Source of the DNA: Candidatus Hydrogenedentota bacterium
GTDB taxonomy: Bacteria; Hydrogenedentota; Hydrogenedentia; Hydrogenedentales; SLHB01
Direction of reading: 5' to 3'
Assembly (NCBI GenBank): GCA_045863295.1
Contig: BTWA01000008.1
Span: 144,384-208,383, forward strand
DNA: 64,000 bases
How positions within the stretch are numbered: position 1 is the stretch's first letter; each line of letters begins with the position of its first letter. A program made the position numbers and the translations under genes. The notes beneath the pieces were generated by a model. The model did no database searches, was not told the DNA's origin, and saw only the letters and a program-made list of their open reading frames with translations. Of the stretch, positions 18,893 through 29,506 are shown in pieces.

Positions 18893-19252
18893 ATGCGTGC
18901 ATTGGTAGTAGATGATTCGGCGGTCATGCGCAAAGTTTTAATCGGAGCATTGAGCCGAGCGGGAATTTCCGAAGTAGATCAAGCGGGGAATGGTCGAGAA
19001 GCCGTGGATGCCGTGGGCAAAGGCGCGTATGACATTATTTTGATGGACTGGAACATGCCCGAAATGCCGGGTATCGATGCGGTCAAAGCTATTCGCACGT
19101 CCGGGGTGAGCACCCCCATTGTAATGGTTACAACCGAAGCCGAAAAAGGCCGCGTCGTTGAGGCGATCCGATCCGGCGCGCAGAATTATGTAATTAAGCC
19201 GTTCGATCCAGAAACTATCGTGGGCAAGATCCGGGATGTTTTGGGAAAGTAA
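18893..19252 (+). CDS. cheY: CheY-like single-domain response regulator
   Basis: MRALVVDDS, LMDWNMP, VTTE, IKPF; follows cheX. Confidence 0.88.
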   Translation: MRALVVDDSAVMRKVLIGALSRAGISEVDQAGNGREAVDAVGKGAYDIILMDWNMPEMPGIDAVKAIRTSGVSTPIVMVTTEAEKGRVVEAIRSGAQNYVIKPFDPETIVGKIRDVLGK

Positions 19253-19260
19253 CCCAACGA

Positions 19261-22200
19261 TTACGCCTCATGGTTAGACGCTAGGTTAAGGCGGGTAGTC
19301 TCCGCCCGGACGCGGTCACCCCTCGTAGCGACGAAGTAGAGCACTGGCAGGATAAAGAGCGTAAGTACCGTACAACTGACGACGCCGCCGATTACGACCG
19401 TGGCCAGGGGCCGCTGCACTTCAGCACCGACACCTGTGGATAATGCCATGGGCAGAAATCCCAGGGCGTCGGTTATCGAAGTGGCCAACACCGGGCGCAA
19501 CCGTTGTTTGGCGCCTTCGATCGCGGCGTCACGCAGGTCCAACCCCTGACTTCGATAAGACCGTATGGCCGCGATCATAACCTGGCCATCCAGAACCGCG
19601 ATTCCAGTCAGCGCGATAAAACCGATCGCGGCACTGACGCTGAATGGAATTCCGCGCGCATACAAACAGAGCACACCTCCAACTGCAGCAAATGGAATGC
19701 CGCTGTATACGATGAGCACATCTTTCAGGTTATTAAGACTCACATACAGGAGAAGAAACACGAGGATAAGCGCGGCCGGCACCACGGTCATCAGCCGTCT
19801 TTGGGCCTGGCTCAAGTGCTCAAACTGGCCGCCCCAATTGATCAGGTACCCTTCAGGAAGTTCAATTTCGCGGTCGATTCGCTCCTGAGCTTCGGCCACA
19901 TACGAAAGCACATCGCGATCACGCACATTGGTCTGAACACGAATTAGCCGTCGCCCCCATTCCCTGTTAATATTGGCAATCCCTTCGGTCTCGGTTACTT
20001 GAGCCACTTCGTGCAACGGCAGGGCCATACCGCCGCCCGCCGGCACCAACGTCTGCTCAAGTGACGTGCGGCTTCGCCGAAGTTCCTCGGGGAGGGTAAC
20101 CGCGAGTGGAAATTTCCTCTGGCCTTCGACTACCTCGCCCACCTGTTTCGCACCCAATGCCTCAACAAATGACAGAACGGTCTCGTTTTCAATCCCAAGC
20201 CGAGACGTTGCGGCCTTATTCACGGTTACCTGGAGGGTCGGCTGGCCGGAAATCTGATCCACTGAGATATCGGCCGACCCGTTTATTCCGGTGAGGATTT
20301 GTTGTACTTGGTTGCCAAGTCTTGTCAATTCATCGAAGTTGTCGCCAATGATCTTTATTCCGATATCTGACCGGATGCCGGCCGACAGTTCGTTCATCCG
20401 CAATTCGATGGGTTGGGAGAAAACCACGTTCTGACCCGGCAGATCCCGCAACACGGTTTCGATTGCCGATACGAGTTCCGTTTGATTCGATGCCTTTTTC
20501 CAGTCGTCGCGGGGACGCAGCGTGACAAACATATCGGTCAGTTCGATCCCCATGGGGTCCGTTGCCACCTCAGCCGTTCCAATGCGAGCCCAGACCCGGT
20601 CGATCTCGTCTGGAAACGCTTCGAGTAACAGACGTTCCATGCGCGTGTTGTAGGCGATCGACTCCTCGAGCGCGATGCCCGGAAGCCGGATCACATTCAT
20701 CACCAGCGCCCCTTCGCTGAGCTTTGGCAGGAATTCGCCCCCAAGGCGCTGTGCGACCGCTATGGTCAACGCGATCAACACGATGACCGCGCCAAGCGCT
20801 ACACCGCGTATTGAGAATGTACCGCTGAGCAACGCGGCATAAAGACGTGTGAAGAAGGCCATAATCCGTCCGTCTTGCTGACCCCGCGCATTCCCCAAGG
20901 CGAAAAACGCGAATATGGGAGACAGGAATAGCGCCAGCACCAATGCGCCGATCAACGCGAGAATAAACGTGTAGGCCATAGGCCGGAACATCTTTCCCTC
21001 GGCGCCTTCCAATGTGAGAATGGGCAGGAAGACTATCAGTATAATCCCCATGCCGAACAAGATGGGACGAAATACCTGGCCAGCCGATCCGGCTATGGCG
21101 TCAATACGCTCATCCACCGACAGCGTACGCCCAAGCGAGAGCCGCTGCTCCCTTAAGGCACGGAGGTTTGCGTCTGTCATGATGACTGACCCATCGACCA
21201 GAATTCCGAAGTCAATTGCGCCAAGACTAAGCAGACTGGCGGCGATCGCTGTATTGTACATTCCATATATGGCGAACAACATCGACATTGGAATCGTAAT
21301 AGCGACGGCCAAGCCTGCACGCAGACTTCCCATCAGAAAAAACAGAACCAACACGACGAGTATGGCGCCGGACACCAAATTGTGCCGTACCGTGCCGATG
21401 ACATGTCCAATCAGTTCGGTTCGGTCATAGACAATGTCGACTTGTATATCGCCGGGCAACGCGCCACTCGCGCGATGGAGCGCCTCGCGCAACCCTTTGG
21501 CGACTTCAGCGCTGTTTGCTCCCAACAGCATATAGCCCAGGCCCATCACCACTTCGCCACGGCCTTGTGCCGTCACCGCGCCGTGACGAATGGCGCTGCC
21601 AATAACCACGTCGGCCACATCGTGAATGTGAATGGGAACGCCGTCATTCGTCTGAATGACAATGCTTTGAATATCCTCCACTCCGGCCACGCGGCCAATG
21701 CCGTGGATTAGGGAGGCTTGACCGCTTTCGACCAACATGCCCCCACCCACGTTTTGGTTACTTCGCTCCAGTGCCTCGACCACATTCGTCAATGCAAGTC
21801 CATATTCGACGAGCTTTGCAGGCTGCACGACCACATGGTATTGGCGCTCATGGCCGCCCCAAGCGTTGATCTCCGCAACTCCCGGAACCTTGATAAGCTC
21901 GGGTTTCAATACCCAATCGTGCAACGTCCGGATTTCTTCTATCGTGCGGCCCTGGTCCTCTGAACTTAGTGTGTATACGAAAATCTCTCCCAGCCCGGTC
22001 GAGATAGGTCCGAGACTCGGCGGCTCAATGCCCTCGGGCAATTCCACGGTACCAAGCCTCTCCAGGATGAATTGCCGAGCATCGTAAATATCGGTGTCAT
22101 CCGTAAATACAGCCACCACCTGCGACAAGCCGAATTTGGATACGGAGCGAACTTCCACAAGGCCGGGCAAGCCACCGAGGGAAAGCTCTACCGGCAATGT

Positions 22201-22416
22201 AATTTGCTGCTCTATCTCTTCGCCGTTCAGTGCCGGGGCTACGGTATTGATTTGCGCTTGTACATTGGACGTATCCGGAAACGCATCGACCGGAACCCGT
22301 GGCAAAGCCCAGACACCCAGGGCCATGCAAATGGCGGTCAATGCCAGCACCAGCCAGCGGTGCTGTAAGACCGTCCGCGTCAACCGCACCAGCGACGAGT
22401 CGTTCAACTCAGTCAT
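19261..22416 (-). CDS. czcA: CusA/CzcA family heavy-metal efflux RND transporter
   Basis: VDAFPD, AIDFGILVDG, RLRPVLAT, GAEVQRPLATVVIGG; about 1050 aa. Confidence 0.92.
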   Translation of the reverse strand: MTELNDSSLVRLTRTVLQHRWLVLALTAICMALGVWALPRVPVDAFPDTSNVQAQINTVAPALNGEEIEQQITLPVELSLGGLPGLVEVRSVSKFGLSQVVAVFTDDTDIYDARQFILERLGTVELPEGIEPPSLGPISTGLGEIFVYTLSSEDQGRTIEEIRTLHDWVLKPELIKVPGVAEINAWGGHERQYHVVVQPAKLVEYGLALTNVVEALERSNQNVGGGMLVESGQASLIHGIGRVAGVEDIQSIVIQTNDGVPIHIHDVADVVIGSAIRHGAVTAQGRGEVVMGLGYMLLGANSAEVAKGLREALHRASGALPGDIQVDIVYDRTELIGHVIGTVRHNLVSGAILVVLVLFFLMGSLRAGLAVAITIPMSMLFAIYGMYNTAIAASLLSLGAIDFGILVDGSVIMTDANLRALREQRLSLGRTLSVDERIDAIAGSAGQVFRPILFGMGIILIVFLPILTLEGAEGKMFRPMAYTFILALIGALVLALFLSPIFAFFALGNARGQQDGRIMAFFTRLYAALLSGTFSIRGVALGAVIVLIALTIAVAQRLGGEFLPKLSEGALVMNVIRLPGIALEESIAYNTRMERLLLEAFPDEIDRVWARIGTAEVATDPMGIELTDMFVTLRPRDDWKKASNQTELVSAIETVLRDLPGQNVVFSQPIELRMNELSAGIRSDIGIKIIGDNFDELTRLGNQVQQILTGINGSADISVDQISGQPTLQVTVNKAATSRLGIENETVLSFVEALGAKQVGEVVEGQRKFPLAVTLPEELRRSRTSLEQTLVPAGGGMALPLHEVAQVTETEGIANINREWGRRLIRVQTNVRDRDVLSYVAEAQERIDREIELPEGYLINWGGQFEHLSQAQRRLMTVVPAALILVFLLLYVSLNNLKDVLIVYSGIPFAAVGGVLCLYARGIPFSVSAAIGFIALTGIAVLDGQVMIAAIRSYRSQGLDLRDAAIEGAKQRLRPVLATSITDALGFLPMALSTGVGAEVQRPLATVVIGGVVSCTVLTLFILPVLYFVATRGDRVRAETTRLNLASNHEA

Positions 22417-23950
22417 GGGTGCACCCCGCACCCAGACGCGACTTCAAAAACTCCGACTTGACGGCAAAGCTCTGAGCGACTACGACGGGCTCTTCCGGAG
22501 ACAAGCCCTCGACTATCTCCACTTCGGTTCCGTCCTCGCGACCGAGATTAACTCGTCTCACGTCGAACAAATCGGCCGCCATCTGTACGAAGACAAATGG
22601 CTTGCCGTCATACCGCTGAACAGCCTCTTTAGGAAGTCGCACGCCCTGACGCAATACCGACTCTTTAAATATTGCGGTGCCAAACATGCCGGATCTAAGC
22701 AGACCACCGGGGTTGTCAACCAGGGCGCGGGCTTCCAACGTGCGGTTGCCTTCGTTGAGAGAGGGAGACACCCAATCGATTTTACCTTCGATTGCAATGC
22801 CGGGAAGTTCCTCAAACCTTACTTCAAATCCGGAACCAACTCGCACAGAAGCCATCAGTGCCTTGGGCACTGATAAATTGAGCGCCATTCGGCTCAGGTC
22901 CGCAATGGTGAGTATGCTTTCCTCGCGGCCCACCGCCTCGCCGCTAATGGCATGCCATTCAATTACGGTACCGCTGAACGGAGCACGCAAGGTAATGGTC
23001 GTTCCGGTATCGCGCCTTGATTGGATGGCCTTTAACTGGTCTTCAGTTATGCCCACGTCCAAAAGCCGTTGCCGTGCGGTAAATTCGGCGGTCTCGGCCT
23101 TGCGCTTCGCCGCGAGCGCGTTTTGATACTCCTGCTCGGTGGCGATGCCTTTTTCGCGCATCGACTTCTCTCGTTGGAGCGTGTTCTCCGCAAGGGCAAC
23201 GTCCGCTAATGCAGTCAGGTAGGCATCTTTCGCATCTGCCAGTGCCGGAGCGGCGATCTGCACCAGTGGCTGCCCCTTTTCGACGGCCGCGCCAAGTTCA
23301 ACATCCACTTGCCGTATTACACCTTCAATGAGCGGAGTAAGGTGAGCGATGCGCTTGGGATCGAAATCGATCCGGCAAAGGGCGGTGGCGCCTTCCGCAC
23401 TGGAAGAAGCGCTTTGCCCGGGAACGGCGACAAGACCCGCCAGCTCAGCGGAAACCGCCGATGGCATTCGGAGTTTCAAGCCCTCGCCCGGCTGCAACTC
23501 AACAGCTCGCTGCGGCTGACAGATGGCACAATCCAACTCCAACACACCATGCTCGGGGCACATTTCGCCCGCTCCATGCGCGTGATCGTGGCTGTCTTCA
23601 CCATGTTCATGGCCATGTCCCTCCTCGGCGTGCTTGTCTTCACTCTTCACGGACGTTGACGAAGTGGATCCGGGCTCCTGCGCGCTTTCCTTGTCCATGG
23701 TTGCCTGTGGCACCGTGCAACATGCATCGACCGGAGCCGTCTGCGGGACTTGGGCCACTCCCTGCGCATTGGGAGTGGCTACGTCTTCATCCTCATGGGC
23801 ATGGCCTTCGTGCGGTTCCGTCTCTGATGCCACGGCAGCTTCCAGATCGCCTGCGGGCCATGGCGCGCCGGCCAAAACGGCAACGGCAACCATTGCGCCT
23901 GCACAAAGGCCCGCATAGTTCAAGAGAGACAATGCCTTACTCTTGCTCAT
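22409..23950 (-). CDS. czcB: CzcB-type RND membrane fusion protein with His/Cys-rich N-terminus
   Basis: MFP core (LRAPFSG, NPGGLLRSGMF); HGHEHGEDSHDHAH and CPEHGVLELDCAIC; overlaps czcA start. Confidence 0.88.
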   Translation of the reverse strand: MSKSKALSLLNYAGLCAGAMVAVAVLAGAPWPAGDLEAAVASETEPHEGHAHEDEDVATPNAQGVAQVPQTAPVDACCTVPQATMDKESAQEPGSTSSTSVKSEDKHAEEGHGHEHGEDSHDHAHGAGEMCPEHGVLELDCAICQPQRAVELQPGEGLKLRMPSAVSAELAGLVAVPGQSASSSAEGATALCRIDFDPKRIAHLTPLIEGVIRQVDVELGAAVEKGQPLVQIAAPALADAKDAYLTALADVALAENTLQREKSMREKGIATEQEYQNALAAKRKAETAEFTARQRLLDVGITEDQLKAIQSRRDTGTTITLRAPFSGTVIEWHAISGEAVGREESILTIADLSRMALNLSVPKALMASVRVGSGFEVRFEELPGIAIEGKIDWVSPSLNEGNRTLEARALVDNPGGLLRSGMFGTAIFKESVLRQGVRLPKEAVQRYDGKPFVFVQMAADLFDVRRVNLGREDGTEVEIVEGLSPEEPVVVAQSFAVKSEFLKSRLGAGCTHD

Positions 23951-25493
23951 GGTTGGTATCCTCCATTTCAAACGGTGTCGCGCCGTCCGGCGCGGTTAGG
24001 TCGAGTCCGCTCAGGAAGTACAACTGAATAAGTTCCGCCTGATACCGGGCCGTTGCATCCAACAAATCAAGTCTTAACTCAATTACTTCACGCTCGGCAT
24101 CCAGGAGTTCGAATATGCGGTAGCGGCCGGCATCGTAACCCTCTTTGACAAGACGGTATGTCTTCTCCGCATTCGGCAATATGGATCCTGCGAGTGATTC
24201 GGTTTCGGCGAAAGCCGCGGAGGCAGTTGCATGGGCACCGCTTATCCGGCTACCCACATCCATCTGAGCCTGCCGTTGCTCTGCGTACGCTTTACTGACA
24301 CGGCTCTCGGCCGCGCGAATCGAACCTTGGTTGCGATTGAAAATGGGGAGTTCTATGGCTGCGTCAATCACGATGCTCCAGTCCGTACCGCGGTCGGAGG
24401 ATACACGGCCTCGCGTATAATCTAGGCTTGATCCATCCCACGACGCTTCCCATGAAGCGCGCGAACGCAAGGGTTGGGCGCGCAGTCCTATGCCGAGCGT
24501 GAGATCGGGAATCCGTTTGGAGCGTTCCAGCCGGTGGATTGCCTCACGTCGCGCGATTTCCGTTTGCCATCGTGCAATATCCGGATTTCGCTCTGCTGAT
24601 TCTCGCAGTTCCAGTAACGATGGCAAGGGCGGCCGTTCTTCAACAACGCCCATCGCACGATGAAAATCGGGCGTCTCGGCGCCCCATTGCAGTGACAGTG
24701 CACTTCGCACCGCATCCAGCCGGCGTGCAGCCTGGTCCACCTCCAGTAAGACGAGGTCGCGAACAGACTCCGCGCGCATCAAGTCGATACTGGCGGCGCG
24801 TCCGCCGTCCACTTCAATTCCCACGTGATCACAGGCAGCGATGGCAATCCGGGACAATTCGGTCCAATAAGAGTGGGCTGCCTGGGCGGCAATTACATCG
24901 TTGAACAGGATTGCCGTTTCCGCAATGACCGAGGCCCGCGCCGCTTCGAAGTCCCATCGCGCCAAATCACGATCCAACTCCGCTACGCGAACTCGCTTGG
25001 CTCGTTTGCCGCCCAGTTCAAACGCCTGGCTCACACGCAAGGTAAAGAGCGCCTCACGAAAGCCGGATGCCGGCCCTTCCTCATTCGATCTGGTCATCCC
25101 GGGTGTGATTGCAGGCAGATTCAACGTCGTTGAATTCGGATCGCCTCCATTGCCTGGAATGGGCAAATCCAGTGATTCCGTCCCCAATCCAATTGTCGAG
25201 GCCGTGGCGCGCGAAACCGGCCCTTCGCTCAAGCGAAACTCTTCAATTTCAATGCTGACCATCGGATTTGGGCGCAACCCGGCTTGCAGCACTTCTCCGT
25301 CACGCGCCCGCGTTTCCCAGTCGAATGCTTCAAGTCTGGGGCTGAATTCCAACGCACGACGCAACGCCTCGTCGATCGACAGTTCAACAGACGAATCGGA
25401 ATTGACTGCGGCGGGTGTGTTGTCAGCCATAGCGGACAGCGATACAAGCATCGCCAACACATACACCGGCAGCGACTTGGAAACAGAGCACAC
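23937..25493 (-). CDS. czcC: CzcC/TolC family outer membrane factor
   Basis: QAGLRPNP, FELGGKR, LPIFNRNQG; GTG start 9 nt after AGGAGG. Confidence 0.88.
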   Translation of the reverse strand: MCSVSKSLPVYVLAMLVSLSAMADNTPAAVNSDSSVELSIDEALRRALEFSPRLEAFDWETRARDGEVLQAGLRPNPMVSIEIEEFRLSEGPVSRATASTIGLGTESLDLPIPGNGGDPNSTTLNLPAITPGMTRSNEEGPASGFREALFTLRVSQAFELGGKRAKRVRVAELDRDLARWDFEAARASVIAETAILFNDVIAAQAAHSYWTELSRIAIAACDHVGIEVDGGRAASIDLMRAESVRDLVLLEVDQAARRLDAVRSALSLQWGAETPDFHRAMGVVEERPPLPSLLELRESAERNPDIARWQTEIARREAIHRLERSKRIPDLTLGIGLRAQPLRSRASWEASWDGSSLDYTRGRVSSDRGTDWSIVIDAAIELPIFNRNQGSIRAAESRVSKAYAEQRQAQMDVGSRISGAHATASAAFAETESLAGSILPNAEKTYRLVKEGYDAGRYRIFELLDAEREVIELRLDLLDATARYQAELIQLYFLSGLDLTAPDGATPFEMEDTNHEQE

Positions 25494-25575
25494 GCGTGCA
25501 TTCCTCCTGAACACAGAATCGGGGTCAAGACACGATGCGGCAGCCGGGAAGCGAAGTCCCGGCAAGAGGAGGAAT

Positions 25576-26019
25576 CTAGCGTCGAAGTACGGAGAGTTGC
25601 GCGAGAGAAAGAGTGTGTACCAGGGGTCGCGGATAGGCTGATTCAAGTGGCACGATAGAAGGATCTGAGGACGTAGCAGCCACAGCCCACGCAGAAGCAA
25701 CAGGCACTGCGGAACGGTATTCGAATTTCTTGGCCGTTACCGCCTTTGAGGCGATACCGCAATCCAGCGAAAGTGGAATATCCAGGCAGGTGTCGCATGA
25801 CGACGGCAATTGGCTATCGAGCATCTGCACGGCAACGGCCGCATCAGATTCCTCGCCAGAATCGCATCCCGAGCATGTGCCATCTTCGGCCATGCGCTCC
25901 AGATTCAATACGCCGTCCGGCTCGATGCACAACACCGTGCTCGAACCCTCCGAACACGGCAGCAGGAGCGCCGTGGCCATCATGGCTATCACCAACATAA
26001 TGTGAACAAAACGGTTCAT
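25576..26019 (-). CDS. Small Cys-rich exported protein heading the czc operon
   Basis: MNRFVHIMLVIAMM signal/TM; VLCIEPDG, CSGC, CDTCLDIP; same strand as and immediately upstream of czcC. Confidence 0.7.
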   Translation of the reverse strand: MNRFVHIMLVIAMMATALLLPCSEGSSTVLCIEPDGVLNLERMAEDGTCSGCDSGEESDAAVAVQMLDSQLPSSCDTCLDIPLSLDCGIASKAVTAKKFEYRSAVPVASAWAVAATSSDPSIVPLESAYPRPLVHTLSLAQLSVLRR

Positions 26020-26266
26020 GAAGTCACCAGTTGCCTCAGCGGGAGAATAGCGGAATATCTGGCGGGCGGTCAAGAGGCCAAACCACAAATCGATTGTTGA
26101 TACTGATTTGCGACTCTCACTTCACCGGCAAAAGACTGCAAACATAGATTGTGCCATTGTGATTGAGACAATGAGAATGTAAAACCGCGTTTTGCCAGAA
26201 CGTCGTATGAACTAGGCGCCTTTCATAGCTTCTAATTCATACTAGCCCCCGCTCATTGACAAGTGC

Positions 26267-29200
26267 CTATGCTTCGCAGTCCACCGTCAGTTCGTGGATG
26301 GACCACCAGAGACCGTCACTGCCTTTCTGCACAATGCGAACAAACCGGCCGTTGCGGGGCTCAAAGCTGATTTCGGTGATGGGACCACCGCCATCGCCCG
26401 CGGCCGCGGGGGTCGTGCCGCCCTCCGCGCTGTTAGACACATAGACTTCGTATTTGCGCGGATAATCGCCATTCGATCCGGTCGTGTCCAACCGTATACA
26501 CCGCACCCGGCGTTCCCAGCCCAAATCCACCTGGAACCACTGGCCGTCTCTTTGCGATTCACTTGTGGACCAACGCGTATTGGGGTCATGGTCGATGGCA
26601 TTGCCTGCTTCGCCCGCATTGGCCGACGCCGTAACGGCCATCGTCACATTGTTCAGTGCATCGGCGACCAGTTCCGCCTCCGCCTTCACGGCCTCATTCG
26701 CAAGGTAGGGCTTTACGATTTCAATCACGCTGGGATGACGTACTTCCTTCAATCCGGAAAGCGCAAGCTTGATGTCGTCTGGGGACGATGCCAAGTCCAA
26801 CGCCAACTTATATAAGGCGGCAGATTCCTCCGCGGACCTGTCGGAAGGACGCTTCAACAATTCGATATAGCCCCGCAATGCGGTTCGTTTCAACTCGTCG
26901 CTGCTATCTGACCTGGCAACAGTCTCCAGGCAGGAGAGCGGCGCCGGTGTGGGCCACGCGGCCATCGAACGCACTGCCGCGACCTTCACGTTGGCGTCGG
27001 TGCATTCAAGGGCCGACCGAACCGGCACAAGCGCCTGATCGGTACCAATTCCACTCAAGGAGGTGAGGAACGCAATTCGCGCTTCAGGAAGAAGATCTTC
27101 GCGTGCCAATGCCGCAGCCACCGGCTCCGCGCGCACGGTCGCATTGGAATTGCGGTTTGCAGCGGCGACAATGGCGTGGCCCGCGGCTTCCCGCGCGTTC
27201 GCGGCGGTGGCCGTAGCGAGCAACTCCACGAGGGCAGGCACATGTTCCGGCTTTGCCAGCGTCGAAAGTGCTTCAAACACAGCCGCGCTTGTCGCTGGAT
27301 CGCCGTTCTTGGCCGCGCCCAGCAACGCGGGGACAGCGGTGGTTGAATTACGGCGCGCCAGACTCTGAGCTAGTTCCACACGTGCCAAAGGCGTACCTTG
27401 AGTCAATTGCGCGGCCATGGCCTCTTCCACCCCGTCCGCATTCAGGCGGTCAAGGCTGGCCCGCGCCGCTTCCGCGGTAGGGCGATCTTCGGACGCGGCA
27501 CACTCGGCAAGCAGCGGAACGACCGACCCATCGCCTATCTTCCCCAAAGCCTCAATCGACGTCAGTCTCAATTCAACGTCTTCCGATTTTGTCATTTCCA
27601 CGAAATTCGAAAACACATTGGGCGTGCCGTGGTCTCCCAATGCGCGTATGACCGAAGCCTGCGCATCGGGCTGGAGTCCAGACAACAAAGTGGCGTATTG
27701 GGATATATCTCCGGGTAGCGCGGCAAGTGCGGCTCCGCCCAGACGGCGCATCTCCGGATCCTGTGCTGTCAACAGTTTGGGAACCCATTCTTCCGCCTGC
27801 GCCGGATTCACTCGCATGAGCCCTTCAAACGCGGCGATTCGAATATGGGCGGGTGTGGAGTCGAGGGAACTCGTAAAATAATCTTCAAACAGTTTCTGAG
27901 CGACCGCCTGATTGCCATCCTCGGCAAACCGGTTTGCGATGGCGAGAAGCGCTTCGTGCGCCTGCTGTTTCAGTTCGTCGGGCGTATTCGTCAATGCGGC
28001 CTTCAACGCACGTAATGCGTCGCTGCCTCCGATCTTTGACAGCGCCGCCATGGCCGCGCCCGCTACTTCATCCGGTTTTGCATCCAGATAATGAATGAGC
28101 GCCTTCACGGCCGCGGGGTCGCGCCGTTCGCCCAGCGAATTAATGATGCCCGCCCGGGCAAGGCCGGCACACTTGGGTAGCGCCTCAATCAGCGCCGTTG
28201 TAGCCTCGGGCGAAGGGTTCCGCTCTAGTCCGTATCGAGCCACATCGCTAAGTGTGTCGTCGTGGAGAAGCTTCGCCAACGAAGGTACCGATGCAGCCGT
28301 ACCAATGCGAAAAAGCTCTTTGGCCGCCACATCTTTCGCGGCAAAGGATGCATCCGATCCCAGTATCTCCGCGATGTTGTCTTCCAGCTTGGCGCGTACC
28401 GGCTCGTTCTTCGCATACTCGCTTACTGTATCACGCAGTGCAACAACATCGGCTTCTGGCTTGCCTATGTCCCAGCTTGCAACCGCGTCCACAAGGCTTT
28501 CGACGGCTCTCAGTTGCGCTTCAGACCGCGCCTTTTCAAAGTACTCGGGCGGCAACTGCGCGCTGGGCATGGTATCCGCTTCGAGATCGCCAAGCGCAAA
28601 TTGAAGGCCGTCAAGATAGTACCGCGTGATTGTCGGATCCCAGTAGATATGCTCATTATGACCGAGCGAGCAATAATAAACGCGCCCCTTGTCATATGCG
28701 CGCACCCACGAAACGGCAAAATCGCCGTCGGTCCGCTTGATGCCCTTCTTCGTCATATCGGTCTTGTCGGTGTTCAAGGTGAGCAGAATCCGCAGCTTGT
28801 CGCGCGAATACGGCTCTTTCAATTGATAGATCTCGTCAATCACCACGTAGTCGCGATTGTGAAACACTTCAACCAGCGGATGTCCGGGATCGTCGATGCG
28901 CACGGTGACCGTATCGCCGGCGCCCCATGGATGGCCGTCGAAGTAGCCGCCCATCATGTCGCCGTATGACGCCCAATCGTAAAAGCAGTCCGTCGCTGCA
29001 TGAATGCCCGCAATCCCCTTTCCGGCGGCGACAAAGTCGAGTAGATTTTGTTGAAGCACCTTGTCCTCAAACAGGGTCATCGTCGTGTTCAACATCAGAA
29101 CGCCATCGAACTGATCGAGGAAATCCTTTTTGAACGCGTTGGGATTGTCTGTGATATACGCCGAGTAGGCGCCTGTCTGTTCACCCATCGTCTTGATGCT

Positions 29201-29482
29201 GTACGAACCAATTTCAATGGACTTGTGCCGGAATCCCGCCGTCTTGGTGAACACAAGCAGCTTGCGCGGCTGTTTGGGTTGCACACGCGCCTCCGTCGGA
29301 ATGGCCATTTTTACCTTTTCAATCTGATCCGCCGGCACCATTTCGTGAACAGGTATCTCGGAAACCGTCTCAGGCGGCGGCGGTGGCGGCGTCTGCTCCT
29401 GGCCGAGTGCCTGCGAACCCCCCAAACCAATGTTGAGAACTGCGATAAACCAGGCCGTATGGAAGAATCCGAATCGTTTCAT
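26267..29482 (-). CDS. ThuA-like domain + HEAT repeats + C-terminal F5/8 type C (discoidin) protein
   Basis: Signal peptide; GFRHKSI, GIHAATD, YCSLGH (ThuA); Ala/Leu-rich HEAT repeats; AIDHDPNTRWST, WFQVDLG, WWSIHEL. Confidence 0.9.
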   Translation of the reverse strand: MKRFGFFHTAWFIAVLNIGLGGSQALGQEQTPPPPPPETVSEIPVHEMVPADQIEKVKMAIPTEARVQPKQPRKLLVFTKTAGFRHKSIEIGSYSIKTMGEQTGAYSAYITDNPNAFKKDFLDQFDGVLMLNTTMTLFEDKVLQQNLLDFVAAGKGIAGIHAATDCFYDWASYGDMMGGYFDGHPWGAGDTVTVRIDDPGHPLVEVFHNRDYVVIDEIYQLKEPYSRDKLRILLTLNTDKTDMTKKGIKRTDGDFAVSWVRAYDKGRVYYCSLGHNEHIYWDPTITRYYLDGLQFALGDLEADTMPSAQLPPEYFEKARSEAQLRAVESLVDAVASWDIGKPEADVVALRDTVSEYAKNEPVRAKLEDNIAEILGSDASFAAKDVAAKELFRIGTAASVPSLAKLLHDDTLSDVARYGLERNPSPEATTALIEALPKCAGLARAGIINSLGERRDPAAVKALIHYLDAKPDEVAGAAMAALSKIGGSDALRALKAALTNTPDELKQQAHEALLAIANRFAEDGNQAVAQKLFEDYFTSSLDSTPAHIRIAAFEGLMRVNPAQAEEWVPKLLTAQDPEMRRLGGAALAALPGDISQYATLLSGLQPDAQASVIRALGDHGTPNVFSNFVEMTKSEDVELRLTSIEALGKIGDGSVVPLLAECAASEDRPTAEAARASLDRLNADGVEEAMAAQLTQGTPLARVELAQSLARRNSTTAVPALLGAAKNGDPATSAAVFEALSTLAKPEHVPALVELLATATAANAREAAGHAIVAAANRNSNATVRAEPVAAALAREDLLPEARIAFLTSLSGIGTDQALVPVRSALECTDANVKVAAVRSMAAWPTPAPLSCLETVARSDSSDELKRTALRGYIELLKRPSDRSAEESAALYKLALDLASSPDDIKLALSGLKEVRHPSVIEIVKPYLANEAVKAEAELVADALNNVTMAVTASANAGEAGNAIDHDPNTRWSTSESQRDGQWFQVDLGWERRVRCIRLDTTGSNGDYPRKYEVYVSNSAEGGTTPAAAGDGGGPITEISFEPRNGRFVRIVQKGSDGLWWSIHELTVDCEA

Positions 29483-29506
29483 GATATTTGTTTCCTCTGT
29501 TGTCGC

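Noticed and set aside
26142..26156. Minus-strand TGGCACAATCTATGT as a sigma54 promoter for the czc operon
   Set aside because: Good -24 but the -12 lacks GC; no supporting enhancer.
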